DNA of 64,000 bases from Vulcanimicrobiota bacterium (GCA_963812155.1 CAWETW010000001.1:480001-544000), one strand, 5' to 3'; positions 49,797 through 64,000 are shown, counted from the stretch's first letter. Notes: generated by a model not told the origin, from the sequence alone. Made by a program: numbers and translations.

Positions 49797-50437
49797 CGCG
49801 CACCGTCCGTGCGCCGCACGATTGCGAGGATTGCATCTACCACGCCGTCGATCGTGATGGCGCTCGAATCGATGCGATGCGCGTCGTGCGCCGGTTCGAG
49901 CGGCGAGACGGCACGGGTGCTGTCGTTCCGGTCGCGCGTCTCGATCTCGTCGCGCAGACGCCGGACGTCGACCTCGGTTCCGGCTAGCTCGAGCTGTGCG
50001 TGCCGGCGCTCGACGCGCGCGGCGACCGATGCCGTGAGGTAAATCTTCACCGGCGCATCGGGCAGCACGACGGTTCCGATATCGCGTCCCGCCATGACGA
50101 CCGAGCGTCCTTCGGCGAGCCGCCGTTGCGCGGCGACCATCGCTTCGCGCACTTCCGGATGCGCCGCGACGGTCGAGACGACGGCAGTGACGTCCTCGGC
50201 TTGCAGCGTTTCTTCCGGGAACGTTTCGGTTATGGCGGCGCCGACCAATCGCACCAGCGCAGGGCCGTCGGCCGGATCGATGCCGCGCTGCAACGCCACG
50301 AACGCCAGCGCGCGGTACATCGCGCCGGTGTCGACGAAATCCACGTGCAGACGTTCGGCAAGCCGGTGCGCGACGGTCGTCTTTCCCGAGGCGGCCGGCC
50401 CGTCGATTGCGATGTGCAAGGGTCGATCCAACGCCAC
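49793..50437 (-). CDS. cmk: Cytidylate kinase
   Basis: IAIDGPAASGKTT, DTGAMYR, GRDIGTVV, RD..DS.R.VSPL. Confidence 0.93.
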   Translation of the reverse strand: MALDRPLHIAIDGPAASGKTTVAHRLAERLHVDFVDTGAMYRALAFVALQRGIDPADGPALVRLVGAAITETFPEETLQAEDVTAVVSTVAAHPEVREAMVAAQRRLAEGRSVVMAGRDIGTVVLPDAPVKIYLTASVAARVERRHAQLELAGTEVDVRRLRDEIETRDRNDSTRAVSPLEPAHDAHRIDSSAITIDGVVDAILAIVRRTDGAR

Positions 50438-50500
50438 GGCCGCGGCTTTCCGAGACGAAGCCCGGGGGTCATGCCTAGCACGGCGAACGCAGGTTGAGCC

Positions 50501-51823
50501 GTGGCGAAGTCTCGTTCCGTCTACTTTTGTTCGGCGTGCGGTTTCGAATCGACGCGCTGGCTCGGGCGTTGCCCGTCGTGCAACGCATGGAACTCGTTCG
50601 ACCAACGGCCGTTCGCGGTTGCCGGTGCGCGCAGCAGCGCTGCGCGCGCGGCGGGCGGTTCGGCCGGGGTCGAGCCGGTGCCGCTGAGCGAGATTGCAGG
50701 CGAACGGCTCGTCCGGCTCAGCGCGGAGATGCCGGAGTTCGACGCGGTGCTCGGCGGCGGCGTCGTTCCGGGGAGCGTCACGCTCGTCGGCGGACCGCCG
50801 GGCGCCGGCAAATCGACGCTGCTGCTGCAGATCGCCGCGCGCCTGGCGCGCCAGGGCGAGGTGGTGTACGTCTGCGGCGAGGAGTCGGCCGCGCAAGTTG
50901 CATTGCGCGCGCGTCGGCTCGGCATCGATTCGCCGCTCATCGTCTATCCCGAAACGAATCTGCGCGCGGTGCTCGACCGGTTACAGTCGCGCCCGCCGCT
51001 CGCGCTCGTGGTCGATTCGATTCAAACCGTCTGGCTGCCGGAGTCCGAAGCGTACGCCGGCAGCGTCACGCAGATTCGCGACTGCACGCAGGCGCTCGTC
51101 GAGTTTGCCAAACGCAGCGGCACTGCAGCGTTCATCGTCGGACACGTCACCAAAGACGGCGCGATTGCCGGGCCGCGGCTGCTCGAGCATCTGGTCGACA
51201 CGGTGCTCTACTTCGAGGGTGATGCGAACGGCGAGTACCGCATTTTACGCGCGTACAAGAATCGGTTCGGATCGATCGACGAGATCTGCGTCTTTGCGAT
51301 GCACGACGACGGTTTGCGCGAGGTCGCCGACCCGTCGCAGCTCTTCATGGGCGCCCGCGCCGCGCGGCCGAGCGGTTCGTGCGTCGTCGCATCGATCGTC
51401 GGCTCGCGCCCGGTGCTCGTCGAAGTGCAGGCGCTCGTCGGGGAAACGAGTTACGGCACGCCGCGCCGCCTCGCCAACAACGTCGATCAGCAGCGTTTGG
51501 CGATGATCCTCGCCGTGCTCGAACGGCGCGCCGGCATGCATCTCGGCGCGCACGACGTGTACGCCTCGGTGGCCGGCGGCTTGCGCGTCGGCGAACCGGC
51601 GGCCGATTTCGGCATCGCGCTCGCGATCGCATCGTCATTTCGCAACGTCGCGCTGTCGCCGAATCTCGTCGCGTTCGGCGAACTCGGTCTCTCCGGCGAA
51701 GTGCGTGCGGTCAATGCGTCCGATCGCCGGCGCGCAGAGGCGCGCAAACTCGGTTTCACCGAGATCATCGCGCCGGGCGAGGTCGCCGACGTGGCTCAGG
51801 CGATTCGCAGAGCCCTCGGATAG
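50501..51823 (+). CDS. radA: DNA repair protein RadA/Sms
   Basis: Zn finger, GAGKSTLLLQ, DSIQT, GHVTK, KNRFG. Confidence 0.97.
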   Translation: MAKSRSVYFCSACGFESTRWLGRCPSCNAWNSFDQRPFAVAGARSSAARAAGGSAGVEPVPLSEIAGERLVRLSAEMPEFDAVLGGGVVPGSVTLVGGPPGAGKSTLLLQIAARLARQGEVVYVCGEESAAQVALRARRLGIDSPLIVYPETNLRAVLDRLQSRPPLALVVDSIQTVWLPESEAYAGSVTQIRDCTQALVEFAKRSGTAAFIVGHVTKDGAIAGPRLLEHLVDTVLYFEGDANGEYRILRAYKNRFGSIDEICVFAMHDDGLREVADPSQLFMGARAARPSGSCVVASIVGSRPVLVEVQALVGETSYGTPRRLANNVDQQRLAMILAVLERRAGMHLGAHDVYASVAGGLRVGEPAADFGIALAIASSFRNVALSPNLVAFGELGLSGEVRAVNASDRRRAEARKLGFTEIIAPGEVADVAQAIRRALG

Positions 51824-52680
51824 CGTCGAAGCCGTTGTTTGAAATTGTTCCGAACCTCTCCGAAGGCCGGGATCCCGCTTTCCTCGAGGCCGCGGCCGCA
51901 GTCATCGCGCCGAGCGGGGCGACGCTCGTCGACCGAAGCCTCGACGCCGCCCACCATCGCAGCGTCTTCACGATCGTGGGCAGCGGGGATCAAGTGGTCG
52001 CGGCCGGCGTCGCCTTGGCCGGGGTAGCGGCCGAGCGGATCGACCTGCGCGTTCACCGCGGCGTGCATCCGCGCATCGGCGCGCTCGACGTCTTGCCGTT
52101 CGTTCCGCTGGCCGGCAGCACCCTAGACGAAGCGGCGGCGTTGGCGCACCGGGCCGGCGCAGAGATCTGGCAGCGGTATCGGATTCCCTCGTTCTATTAC
52201 GGCGCGGCGGCGCGCCACGAGCACCGGCGCGACCTGCCGGCGGTCCGGCGAGGCGAGTTCGAAGGGCTCGAGGAGCGTTTCGCGGACCCGCTGTGGGCGC
52301 CCGACGTAGGTGACGTCGCACGGCACGAGAGCGCCGGAGCGATTGCCATCGGCGCGCGCGACCTGTTGATCGCCTTCAACGTCGAACTGGCGACCGGCGA
52401 CATCGGCGCCGCTCGCGAGATCGCACGCGCGGTGCGCGAACGCGACGGCGGCCTGCGCACCCTCCGCGCGCTGGCCTTCCGGCTCGACGACGAACGCGTC
52501 CAGATTTCCGTTAACGTCACGGACGAGGCGGCGACGCCGCTCTACCGGGTGTTCGAGCTCGTCGGTTTCCTCGCGGCGCAACGCGGCATCGAGGCGACCG
52601 GCGGCGAACTCGTCGGCTGCATTTCACGGGCTGCGGTCGAGGCGACGGCAGCCTATTACTTGGGAGTTACCGCGCTGTGA
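51820..52680 (+). CDS. Glutamate formiminotransferase (FTCD N-terminal part)
   Basis: EIVPNLSEGR, HHRSVFT, HRGVHPRIGALDV.PFVP, IGAR..LIAFNV; start ATA 51820 or TTG 51835. Confidence 0.9.
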   Translation: MASKPLFEIVPNLSEGRDPAFLEAAAAVIAPSGATLVDRSLDAAHHRSVFTIVGSGDQVVAAGVALAGVAAERIDLRVHRGVHPRIGALDVLPFVPLAGSTLDEAAALAHRAGAEIWQRYRIPSFYYGAAARHEHRRDLPAVRRGEFEGLEERFADPLWAPDVGDVARHESAGAIAIGARDLLIAFNVELATGDIGAAREIARAVRERDGGLRTLRALAFRLDDERVQISVNVTDEAATPLYRVFELVGFLAAQRGIEATGGELVGCISRAAVEATAAYYLGVTAL

Positions 52681-55373
52681 AGATTCTCGCGCCCGCGCTG
52701 TCGGCGCTCGCGCTCGTCGCATCGATCGCACTCTTTCCGACACCCGCTTCGGCCCAGAACGGTCCGGGCGACGCCGGAATTTATACGACGACGCTTTCGA
52801 ACGGCTTAAAAGTCGTGGTCGTCGAGGATCGCGCCGCGCCGGTCGTTCAAACGTCAATGTGGTACGGATTCGGTTCGCTCGACGAAACGACCGGGAAAAC
52901 CGGCCTCGCCCACGCCCTCGAACACATGCTGTTCCGCGGTACGAACGAGGTTTCGGCGGGCGGTCTCGACGACATCGTCGCGCGGTTGGGAGCGCAGATG
53001 AACGGCGAGACGACCTACGACTATACGCATTTCTATTTCGAGATGCCGTCCGACAAAATCGATGACGCGCTCTTCATCGAGGCGGACCGCATGCAGCACG
53101 CGGCGCTGCGCGCGTCGGATTGGGCCGTCGAGCGCAACGCGGTGCTCAACGAAATCGACGGCGATCTGTCGTCGCCGTTCTTCAATCTGCTTTCGCGCGT
53201 GCGCGCCGCGGCGTTTCCGGATCAGCCGGCAGGGCGCACGCCGGTCGGCAACCGCAGCGACGTCGCCAACGCGAGCGTCGCCGACATCGCTCGGTACTAT
53301 CGCGAGTGGTACGCTCCGAACAACGCAACGCTGGTCGTCACCGGCGACGTTTCCCATCAAACCGTCTTTGCCAAGGCGCAGCGCTATTTCGGCGCGATTC
53401 CGAGCAAGACGCTGCCGCCGTCGCCCAGCCGCAACCCGGTTCCCGCATCGGGACAACGGACCGTCGAAGCGGAGTTTCCGTTTCCGTTCGAAATTCTCGA
53501 TCTCGCCTACGCGATTCCGGGCGACACCCAGGCCGGCGAACCGGCGGTCAGCACGCTCGCGACGCTGCTCGAGAACCAGCGCTCGCCGTTCTACAAAGCG
53601 CTCGTGCAGACCAACGTCGCGCTCGCCATCGAAGCCAACGCCGACACGCAGCTGCGCGGCGGCCTTGCTCAACGTCTTCATCGTGCTCAATCCCGGCCAT
53701 ACCAGCGCCGAAGCGCAAGCGATCTTTCAAAATACGATCGACCAGGTGCTCGAACGGGTTTCAGCCCGGACCTCGTGGCCGCGGCAAAACGGCTGACGAT
53801 CGCGGAGCGCCTTTACTCCGCCGATTCGATCGACGGCATCGGCGATCTCGCCGGCTACACCTACGGCATCGTCGGCGAAAAAATCGGCGACGAGGATCGC
53901 CGCCTCGCGGCGCTGACCGGCGACGATTTGCTCGCCGCGGCGCGCAAGTACCTCAGCAAGCCGACCGTGGTCGGACACTTGCGTCCGAACGCGAACCCGC
54001 CGCGCGGAAACTCCAGCAAGAGCGATGCCGCCGCCAGCGACGACTTCTCGAAGCGAGTCCCCAGCGGCCCGATCGTCGATCCCGCGTGGATTTCGAAAGC
54101 GGTCCGTACGCCGACGACCGCGCGCAGCACGCTCTCGCCGACGACGTTCACGCTCGCCAACGGCGTGCGCGTCATCGTGCAACAGAAAACCGATCGCCCG
54201 ACGTTCGTGCTCCGCGGGAACATCGCGTCGTCGCCGGCGTTTCAGCCGCCGGGTAACGAAGGCATTTCGCGGCTGGCATCGTCGGTCGCCGACTACGGCA
54301 GCGACAAGTATCCGTTCGAACAGCGCCGCAAGGCCACCGACGAGATGGGCGCCTTCGTCGACACCGGTCAAGGTTTCTCGGCGCAAGGCGAAGCCGGCGA
54401 CTTCGAGCGAATCGTCGACATTCTCGCCGACGGCGAAGCGCATCCGTCGTTCGCCGAACCGTGGCTCTCGATCGAGCGCTCGCAACTCGCCAACAGCCTG
54501 CAATCGGAGAGCAGCATCTCGGGCGTCATGATCGATCGCTCCTACGACCGTCTGCTGCTTGCTTCCGACGATCCGACGCTGCGACAGCCGACGGCGGAAA
54601 GCGTTCAACGCATCACGCGCGAGGATCTCGCGTCGTACGCCGCGCGGTATTGGCGGCCCGATCTCACGACGATCGCCGTCGTCGGCAATCTCTCGCCGGA
54701 GCGCGTGCGCTCGGCGCTCGAGAGCGCGTTCGGATCGTGGCAGGCCACCGGGCCCAAACCGAATCCACATCTGATGGCGATGCCGCCGGCATCGCGCGGG
54801 CACGACTACATCGGGACGGCGGCCAATCAAGTCTTCATCCGGCTCGGGCAGCCGGCGGTGTCGCGTTCGAATCCGGATTACGACACGTTCCTCGTGCTCA
54901 ACCAAATTCTCGGCGGCAGCGGCGCGTTCGAATCGCGTTTGTGGCAGGAGATGCGCCAGAAGCGCGGTCTCGTGTACAGCGTCGGAAGCTCGGTGAGCGC
55001 CAACGCCGATCGCGGCGATTTCCGCGTCGAGTTGAGCGCATCGCCGCAACGCGTCGTCGAAGCCGTGAAGTTCGTGCGGTCGCAGCTCGAGCAGCTGCAG
55101 AGCGAACCGGTTTCCGCAACCGAACTCCAAGAAGCGAAGGTGCGCCTCGTCAGCGATGCGCTGCTCGATGAGGCGTCGTCGAGCGGCCAGGCGAAGCAAG
55201 TGCTCGACATTCTCACCAGTAATCTGCCGCTCGACTACTACCGGACGCTCAACGATCGCTTCGCGCGCATCACCGCCGCCGACGTGCAGCGCGTCGCCAA
55301 GGAGTATCTGAAACCGCAAAGGCTCGTCGAAGTGTACGCAGGCCCGAACGGGCCGTGGGCGCAAGGATTCTGA
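52677..55373 (+). CDS. Secreted M16 (pitrilysin-family) zinc peptidase
   Basis: GLAHALEHMLFRGT, Y.PNNA, R.KRGLVY; locally out of frame about 53665-53755. Confidence 0.92.
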   Translation: MKILAPALSALALVASIALFPTPASAQNGPGDAGIYTTTLSNGLKVVVVEDRAAPVVQTSMWYGFGSLDETTGKTGLAHALEHMLFRGTNEVSAGGLDDIVARLGAQMNGETTYDYTHFYFEMPSDKIDDALFIEADRMQHAALRASDWAVERNAVLNEIDGDLSSPFFNLLSRVRAAAFPDQPAGRTPVGNRSDVANASVADIARYYREWYAPNNATLVVTGDVSHQTVFAKAQRYFGAIPSKTLPPSPSRNPVPASGQRTVEAEFPFPFEILDLAYAIPGDTQAGEPAVSTLATLLENQRSPFYKALVQTNVALAIEANADTQLRGGLAQRLHRAQSRPYQRRSASDLSKYDRPGARTGFSPDLVAAAKRLTIAERLYSADSIDGIGDLAGYTYGIVGEKIGDEDRRLAALTGDDLLAAARKYLSKPTVVGHLRPNANPPRGNSSKSDAAASDDFSKRVPSGPIVDPAWISKAVRTPTTARSTLSPTTFTLANGVRVIVQQKTDRPTFVLRGNIASSPAFQPPGNEGISRLASSVADYGSDKYPFEQRRKATDEMGAFVDTGQGFSAQGEAGDFERIVDILADGEAHPSFAEPWLSIERSQLANSLQSESSISGVMIDRSYDRLLLASDDPTLRQPTAESVQRITREDLASYAARYWRPDLTTIAVVGNLSPERVRSALESAFGSWQATGPKPNPHLMAMPPASRGHDYIGTAANQVFIRLGQPAVSRSNPDYDTFLVLNQILGGSGAFESRLWQEMRQKRGLVYSVGSSVSANADRGDFRVELSASPQRVVEAVKFVRSQLEQLQSEPVSATELQEAKVRLVSDALLDEASSSGQAKQVLDILTSNLPLDYYRTLNDRFARITAADVQRVAKEYLKPQRLVEVYAGPNGPWAQGF

Positions 55374-55377
55374 TCCC

Positions 55378-56751
55378 GTGAACGCTGTCATCACGATCAA
55401 TCCTGCGACCGGCGACGAGATCGAGCGCATTGCGTATATGAGCGCCGCGACGGTCGACGAACGTCTCTCGACCGCGGCCGAAGCGGCACGGCTGTGGGGC
55501 AGTCTCGCGCCGATCCGGCGGGCGGCGTTTCTGCACGACGTCGCCGCGAAACTGCGCGAGCAGTCGCGAGCGCGCTGGCGCTCGTCGCAACCACCGAAAT
55601 GGGCAAGCCGCTCGCACAGGCGCGCGCGGAAATCGAGAAATGCGCGTGGTGCTGCGAGTACTTCGCCGATAACGGGCCGGCGATGATCGCGCCGCAGGAA
55701 GCGCACGCCGAACCGGCGCGCAGTTACGTCGCGTTCCGTCCGCTGGGCGTCGTGCTCGCGATCATGCCGTGGAACTTTCCTTATTGGCAGGTCTTTCGCG
55801 CGGCGGCGCCGGCCCTGCTCACCGGCAACGCGATGCTGTTGAAGCATGCGTGGAGCACGACGCGCTGCGGAATCGAGATCGAGCGTATCTTCCGCGAAGC
55901 CGGAGCGCCCGAAGGGCTGTTCACGACGCTGTTGACGACCACCGAGCGACGTCGACGCACTCATCGCCGATTCGCGCATTGCCGCGGTGACGCTCACGGG
56001 TTCCGAACGCGCCGGCGTCGCGGTCGCATCGGCCGCCGGTGCGGCGTTGAAGAAGTGCGTGCTCGAACTTGGCGGTTCCGACGCATTCGTCGTGCTCGAG
56101 GATGCCGACATCGAGCGCGCCGCAAAAACGGCGGTAAAGGCGCGCTTTCAAAACACCGGCCAAAGCTGCATCGCCGCCAAACGCTTCATCGCGGTCGAAC
56201 CGGTGTACGATGCGTTCCTCGAACGCTTCGTCGAACTGACGCGCGAGGCAGCGTACCGGGGATCCGACCGACGAGGCGACGACCATCGGGCCGTGCGCGC
56301 GCGCCGACTTGCGCGACGGCGTTGACGCGCAAGTGCGGAGCACGGTCGAACGCGGCGGACGTTTGCTGCTGGGGGCAACCGGATCGACCGGCCCGGCTTC
56401 TTTTACGAGCCGACGGTCGTCGCCGACGTGCGTCCGGGCATGGCGATGTTCGACGAAGAAGTGTTCGGGCCGGCCGCCGCCGTCGTGCGCGCCGCCGATG
56501 CCGACGAGGCGATCGCGCTCGCGAACGCGTCGAGTTACGGCCTCGGCTTCAGCATCTGGACTCGCGACGTGAGCGCTGCGGAGGAGTTCGCGGCGCGCGT
56601 CGAAGCCGGCGCGGTGTTCGTCAACGGCATGGTGGCCAGCGATCCGCGACTGCCGTTCGGCGGCGTGAAGAAAAGCGGCTACGGACGCGAGTTGTCCGCG
56701 TTCGGCGTCCACGAGTTCGCCAACATACAAACGGTCGTCGTATCGCCATAG
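55378..56751 (+). CDS. NAD(P)-dependent succinate-semialdehyde dehydrogenase, frameshifted
   Basis: [54 protein letters not shown]. Confidence 0.9.
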
Positions 56752-57202
56752 TCCGCGCCTTCGAACAGGGCGACACCGGCGCGTGGGCGGCGATGCGTGC
56801 GCGGCTCTGGCCGCATGCGGATGCGGCGGAACTGGCGCGCGAAGCGCGAGACTTCTGCTGCCGGCGCTGCCAGTACCCGACGCATCGACGTCGTCTTCAT
56901 CGCCGACGGCGACGATCGCGCCAATTGGATTTCTCGAGCTCTCGTTCCGCGAGTTTTCCGACGGTTGCGACTCGATGCCGGTGCCGTACGTCGAGGGGTG
57001 GTACGTCGAACCAGGCACGCGCGGGACTGGTGTTGGCCGAGCGCTGATGCAAGCCGCCGAAGCGTGGTCGCGGGAGCGCGGCTTTACCGAACTGGCTTCG
57101 GATACGGAAGTTGGAAACGAAACGTCGCTTCAAGCTCATAAGCGTTGCGGTTTCGAAGAGACGGAGCGACTGATCAAACTTCGCAAAAGGCTGTCAGCGT
57201 AG
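56748..57202 (+). CDS. AAC(6')-I-like GNAT acetyltransferase, frameshifted
   Basis: W..MR..LWP, GC...[24 protein letters not shown]....N..S..AH...GF.E. Confidence 0.8.
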
Positions 57203-57256
57203 TTTTACGCACCAGCAACGAGAGGTGCTCCAGCATTCATGATCATCGCCGGGGCG

Positions 57257-58375
57257 TTATGCGGAGATGTAGCGCGCAATGCGGGCGATGCCTTCGCGAA
57301 CGTCGTCGATCGGTGCGACCCAACTCAATCGCAGCCAGCCTTCGAGCGCCGCGCCGAAGGCGACGCCGGGAATCGCCACGACGTCGTGGCGGTCGATGAG
57401 CTCGTTGGCGGCGACGAGGGAGTTCGCGCCGTCGTGCAGCCGCACGCACGCGTAGAATGCCCCGTCAATGGGCGCGTAGTGCAAGGCATGCGCGTCGAGG
57501 GCCGCAATCACGTTCCCGGCGCTGATCCGCGTACCACCCCGAATGTTCGCCGAGGCCGTCGCTTTCGAAGACGTGAATCGCCACCTGCTGCGCAAACGTA
57601 TCGGTGCACGACGTGACCCACGCATGCGCTTTAATCGCCTGCTCGACGAACGGCTGCGGACCGAGAATCCATCCGAGCCGCAAGCCGGTCAGCGCGTTGC
57701 TCTTACTGACCGAGTTCGTGACGATCGTGTGCGGATAGCGTTGCGCGAGATCCGCAGCATCGTCGACGAACGTCTGCTCGCGATAGATTTCGTCGTGAAT
57801 AAGCCATACGGGGTCGCCGCCACGCCGCTCCAAAGCGCTCGCGAGGAGTTCGGCTTGCTCGCGCGCGAGCACGCGCCCCGTCGGGTTGCAGGGCGAGCAG
57901 AAGACGATCGCGCGCGTCGCGGCGGTCACGCCCGCGAGAATGCGGTCGGCGTCGAAAGCGAAGCCGTCGTCCTCGCGCATCGTGACGGTACGGCAGGCAA
58001 CCCCTCCGAGCGCCGCCATCTTCACGTATGACGGAAATGCCGGCTCGACGACGAGCAGTTCGTCGCGCGAAGCATCCAGGAGCGTCATCAGCGTCACGTA
58101 CATCGCTTCTTGCGAGCCCGCCGTCACGCAGACGTTCGCGACCGTATCCATTCCCGGATAGCCGTAGTGCCGCGCGATCGCCGCGCGCAGCCGTGGATCG
58201 CCCGCGTTGGGTGCGTACTTGACGCCGTGCTCGACGACGTGGCGCATCGCGTGCTCGAAATGCGCGCGCGACGGCAAGAGCGTCGGTTCGCCCAAACCGA
58301 GATCGATCGAACCATGCTTCTTGCGCGCCGCAACCTGCCGAATCAACGATCCGGGAATGGAAACAACGCGAGGAT

Positions 58376-58379
<4 letters not shown>
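57257..58379 (-). CDS. Class I/II PLP aminotransferase (possible DapC role), frameshifted
   Basis: LGLGEP, SPCNPTG, HDEIY, SVSKS..LTGLRLGW, IPG.AFG, LRLS; coupled to dapD by ATGA. Confidence 0.85.
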
Positions 58380-59202
<823 letters not shown>

Positions 59203-59345
59203 GACGAGCAGCCACAAGCCCGGCTTTACGTCACGTCGCTCGTCGTACCATGCCGGGGGCCGGCGGTACCGTTTCGGTAAGGAATACACGGGGAAGGGCG
59301 AAATGACCTCACCCCACCCGGAGAGGGCTTCATAAAGGAGAGATC

Positions 59346-61360
<2,015 letters not shown>

Positions 61361-61370
61361 GAGATACATC

Positions 61371-64000
61371 GTGAAGCAACCAACTCCAGCAGCTGCTCGC
61401 CGCCGGACAGAGCGTGTGGCTCGACAACCTTCGCCGCAGCATGTTCGCGTCGGGCGAACTCAAGCGCCTGATCGACCAGCGGACTGCGCGGCATGACGAG
61501 CAATCCGACGATCTTCGAAAAAGCGATCGGCGCGGGCAACGACTACGACGAGCAGCTGCGAGCAACTCGATCGGCTCCGAGAAGAGCGCCGAAGCGCTCT
61601 TCTGGGATCTCGCGATCCAAGACATCCAGCAGCGCCTGCGACGAGTTCCGCGGCGTTTACGACTCGTCCGGCGGCAACGACGGCTTCGTCAGCCTCGAAG
61701 TCTCGCCGCTGCTCGCGCACGACACGCAAGGCACGATCGCGATGGCCAAGGAGCTTATGGGCAGCGCGTCGGCCGTCCGAATCTCATGGTGAAGATTCCC
61801 GGCACGAAAGAAGGCGTTGCCGGCGATCGAAGAGTGCATCTACGAAGGCGTCAACATCAACGTGACGCTGATCTTCTCGATCGAAATGTACGAAAAGGCG
61901 GCGCGCGCGTACGTCAAAGGGCTTGCAGCGGCGCCTCGCCGAGAAGAAACCGATCGATAAGATTCGCTCCGTCAACTCCGTCTTCGTCAGCCGCATCGAC
62001 ACCGCCGTCGACAAGATGCTGCACGAGCACATCGCCAAGGGCGAGAAACTCGACGCATTTGCTCGGCAAGACCGGCATCGCGAACCTGAAGCTCACGTAC
62101 CAGAAGTTCAAAGAGATCTTCGAGGGCGAGCGATTTTGCGCGCGCTCAAGGCGGCCGGCGGCGCCGTGCAGCGCCCGCTCTGGGCCTCGACGTCGACGAA
62201 GAATCCGCACGTATCCCGACCTGATGTACGTCGAGACCGTCGTCGGCCCCGACACCGTCAACACGATGCCGCCGAAGACGATCGACGCGCTGCTCGATCA
62301 CGGCACGATCGTGGCCGACACCGTCGAGAGCGATCTGCCGGCGGCGCACGGACGTCATGCAGGCGCTGCAGGACGCGAAGATCTCGCTCTTCGACGTCAC
62401 CGAACAACTGCAGATCGAAGGCGTCACGCTCTTCTCCGACTCGTTCGCGGCGCTGCTCGGCGCGATCGTCTACAAGCAGAAGCTGCTGGAAAGCGGCGGC
62501 AGCGAGCGCGTCGCCTCACGTCGGGGGCCTCCGCAATCCGCGTTCGACGGTGCGCTCGACACGCTCGCGCAAGGCCGATTTTCTCAAGCGGCTGTGGGCG
62601 CACGATCCGACGCTGTGGTCGAACGACCGCGGCCGACGCGGAGATCATCAAGAAGTCGCTCGGCTGGCTCGACATCCCGCAGCACATGCTCGAAGCGCGT
62701 TCCCGAACTGCGCGCTTTCGGCAGGGAAGTCGAAGAGAAGTTCGATTTCGCCGTCGTCTGCGGCATGGGCGGAAGTTCGCTCGCGCCCGACGTGCTGGCC
62801 GATACCTTCGGACAACTTCGAGGGCTATCCGCACCTGCATGGTGCTCGATTCGACGTGCCCGCAGCAGATTCAAAGAGCTCGACGAGCAGATTCGCATTC
62901 CCGACACGCTCTTCATCATCTCGAGCAAGAGCGGCACGACGACCGAACCGAACGCGTTCTTCGCGTACTTTCACGAGAAAGTCTCGAAGCAGCTCGGCGC
63001 CTCGCGTAGCCGGGCGCAACTTCGTCGCGATCACCGATCCCGGAACGCACGCTGGAAGCCGAAGCCAAAGAGGAAAAGTTCCAAGCCTGTTTCGACAACG
63101 ACCCGAACATCGGCGGACGCTACTCGGCGCTCTCGTACGTCGGCATTGCGCCGGCGGCGATCGCCGGCTACGACATCAACCTGCTGCTCGACCGCGCGCT
63201 CGGCGCGATGCACGCCAACGACCGCACCGTTTCGGTCAAGGATGCCCCGGGCGTGCGTTTCGGCGCCGCGATCGGCGGCCTCGCGGTCGCGGGCCGCGAC
63301 AAGCTCACGATCGTGACGCATCCCGACGTACGCGCTTTCGGCGCGTGGGCGGAGCAGCTCATCGCGGAATCCACCGGCAAGCACGGCAAGGGCATCGTGC
63401 CGATCGCAGGCGAGCCGCTCGGCGCGCCGGACGTCTACGGCGACGACCGCCTCTTCGTCTACGTCGGCGCGAACTTGCCCGATCCCGACAACGGCGTCGA
63501 CGATGCGTTGCGCGCGCTCGAAGCGGCCGGCCATCCGGTCGTGCGGCTCGACATGAACGACGAATACGATCTCGGCGAGCAGTTCTATCTCTGGGAGATC
63601 GCGGTCGCGGCCGCCGGCGCGATCTTGGGTATCAACGCGTTCGATCAGCCGAACGTCCAGGAGTCGAAAGACAACACCGTCGCGTTGCTCGCGCAATACG
63701 CGCAGAAGGGAAGTTTCGACGAGCCCGCGCCCGACGTCGAAGGACCGAAGTTCGACGTGACCTTCCTCTCGGGAAGCAAGACGATCCGCGCGCAGGTGCC
63801 GGTTCCCGCGCTTTCGGGCGTGTTCGCGCAAATGCACCCGCACGATTACGCGGCGATCACCGCGTACATCGCGCGCAACGAGACGCACGAGGGATTGCTC
63901 GAGGAACTCCGGCTGAAGATCCGCGATGCGTGCAAGGTGGCGACGACGGTCGGCTTCGGCCCGCGCTTCCTGCACTCGACCGGCCAACTCCACAAGGGCG
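61371..64000 (+). CDS. Bifunctional transaldolase / glucose-6-phosphate isomerase, 3'-partial, multiple frameshifts
   Basis: [36 protein letters not shown], then [44 protein letters not shown]. Confidence 0.92.

Noticed and set aside
53727..56111. Long antisense ORFs (794 aa here; also 37909-39432, 2915-4348 N-terminal part, 5549-6769)
   Set aside because: Shadow frames of real genes in high-GC DNA with no motifs; only rpmB and the 3893 lipoprotein portions are real
61371..64000. tal-pgi fusion as a novelty
   Set aside because: Bifunctional transaldolase/phosphoglucose isomerase is an established protein type

Overview
High-GC bacterial chromosome segment. The Firmicutes-like core gene order (yacL-ispD-ispF-[GluRS anticodon-binding domain only]-cysE-cysS-rlmB...sigH; fakA-plsX-degV-hemW; cmk-plsC-ispH) combined with many short-signal lipoproteins suggests Candidatus Eremiobacterota/Vulcanimicrobiota (inference, not searched). 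About 24.3-64 kb is mostly housekeeping. About 5.4-24.2 kb is an accessory zone lying between tRNA-Gly(TCC) and tRNA-Thr(GGT). It holds a PD-(D/E)XK endonuclease abutting tRNA-Thr, a WcbI-FAAL-ACP operon, a domain-rearranged multicopper oxidase, an IS3 element, several secreted lipoproteins and remnants, and a 1.5-kb tRNA-Gly-att-flanked segment carrying an IS110 (IS621-like) element. That element's upstream non-coding region folds like a bridge RNA, and two of its guides match the element's own right junction. Other oddities: a tRNA-Thr(UGU) with a Tyr-like class II body, a stand-alone GluRS anticodon-binding domain at the gltX position, several conserved genes that appear to start at CTG/ATA, and a REP-like repeat family with one nested copy. 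Many frameshifts hit essential genes (tkt, tal-pgi, rpe, dapD, plsC) and are best explained as sequencing indels, so boundaries of frameshifted genes are approximate. All family calls are from motif recognition by eye; no database search was run.
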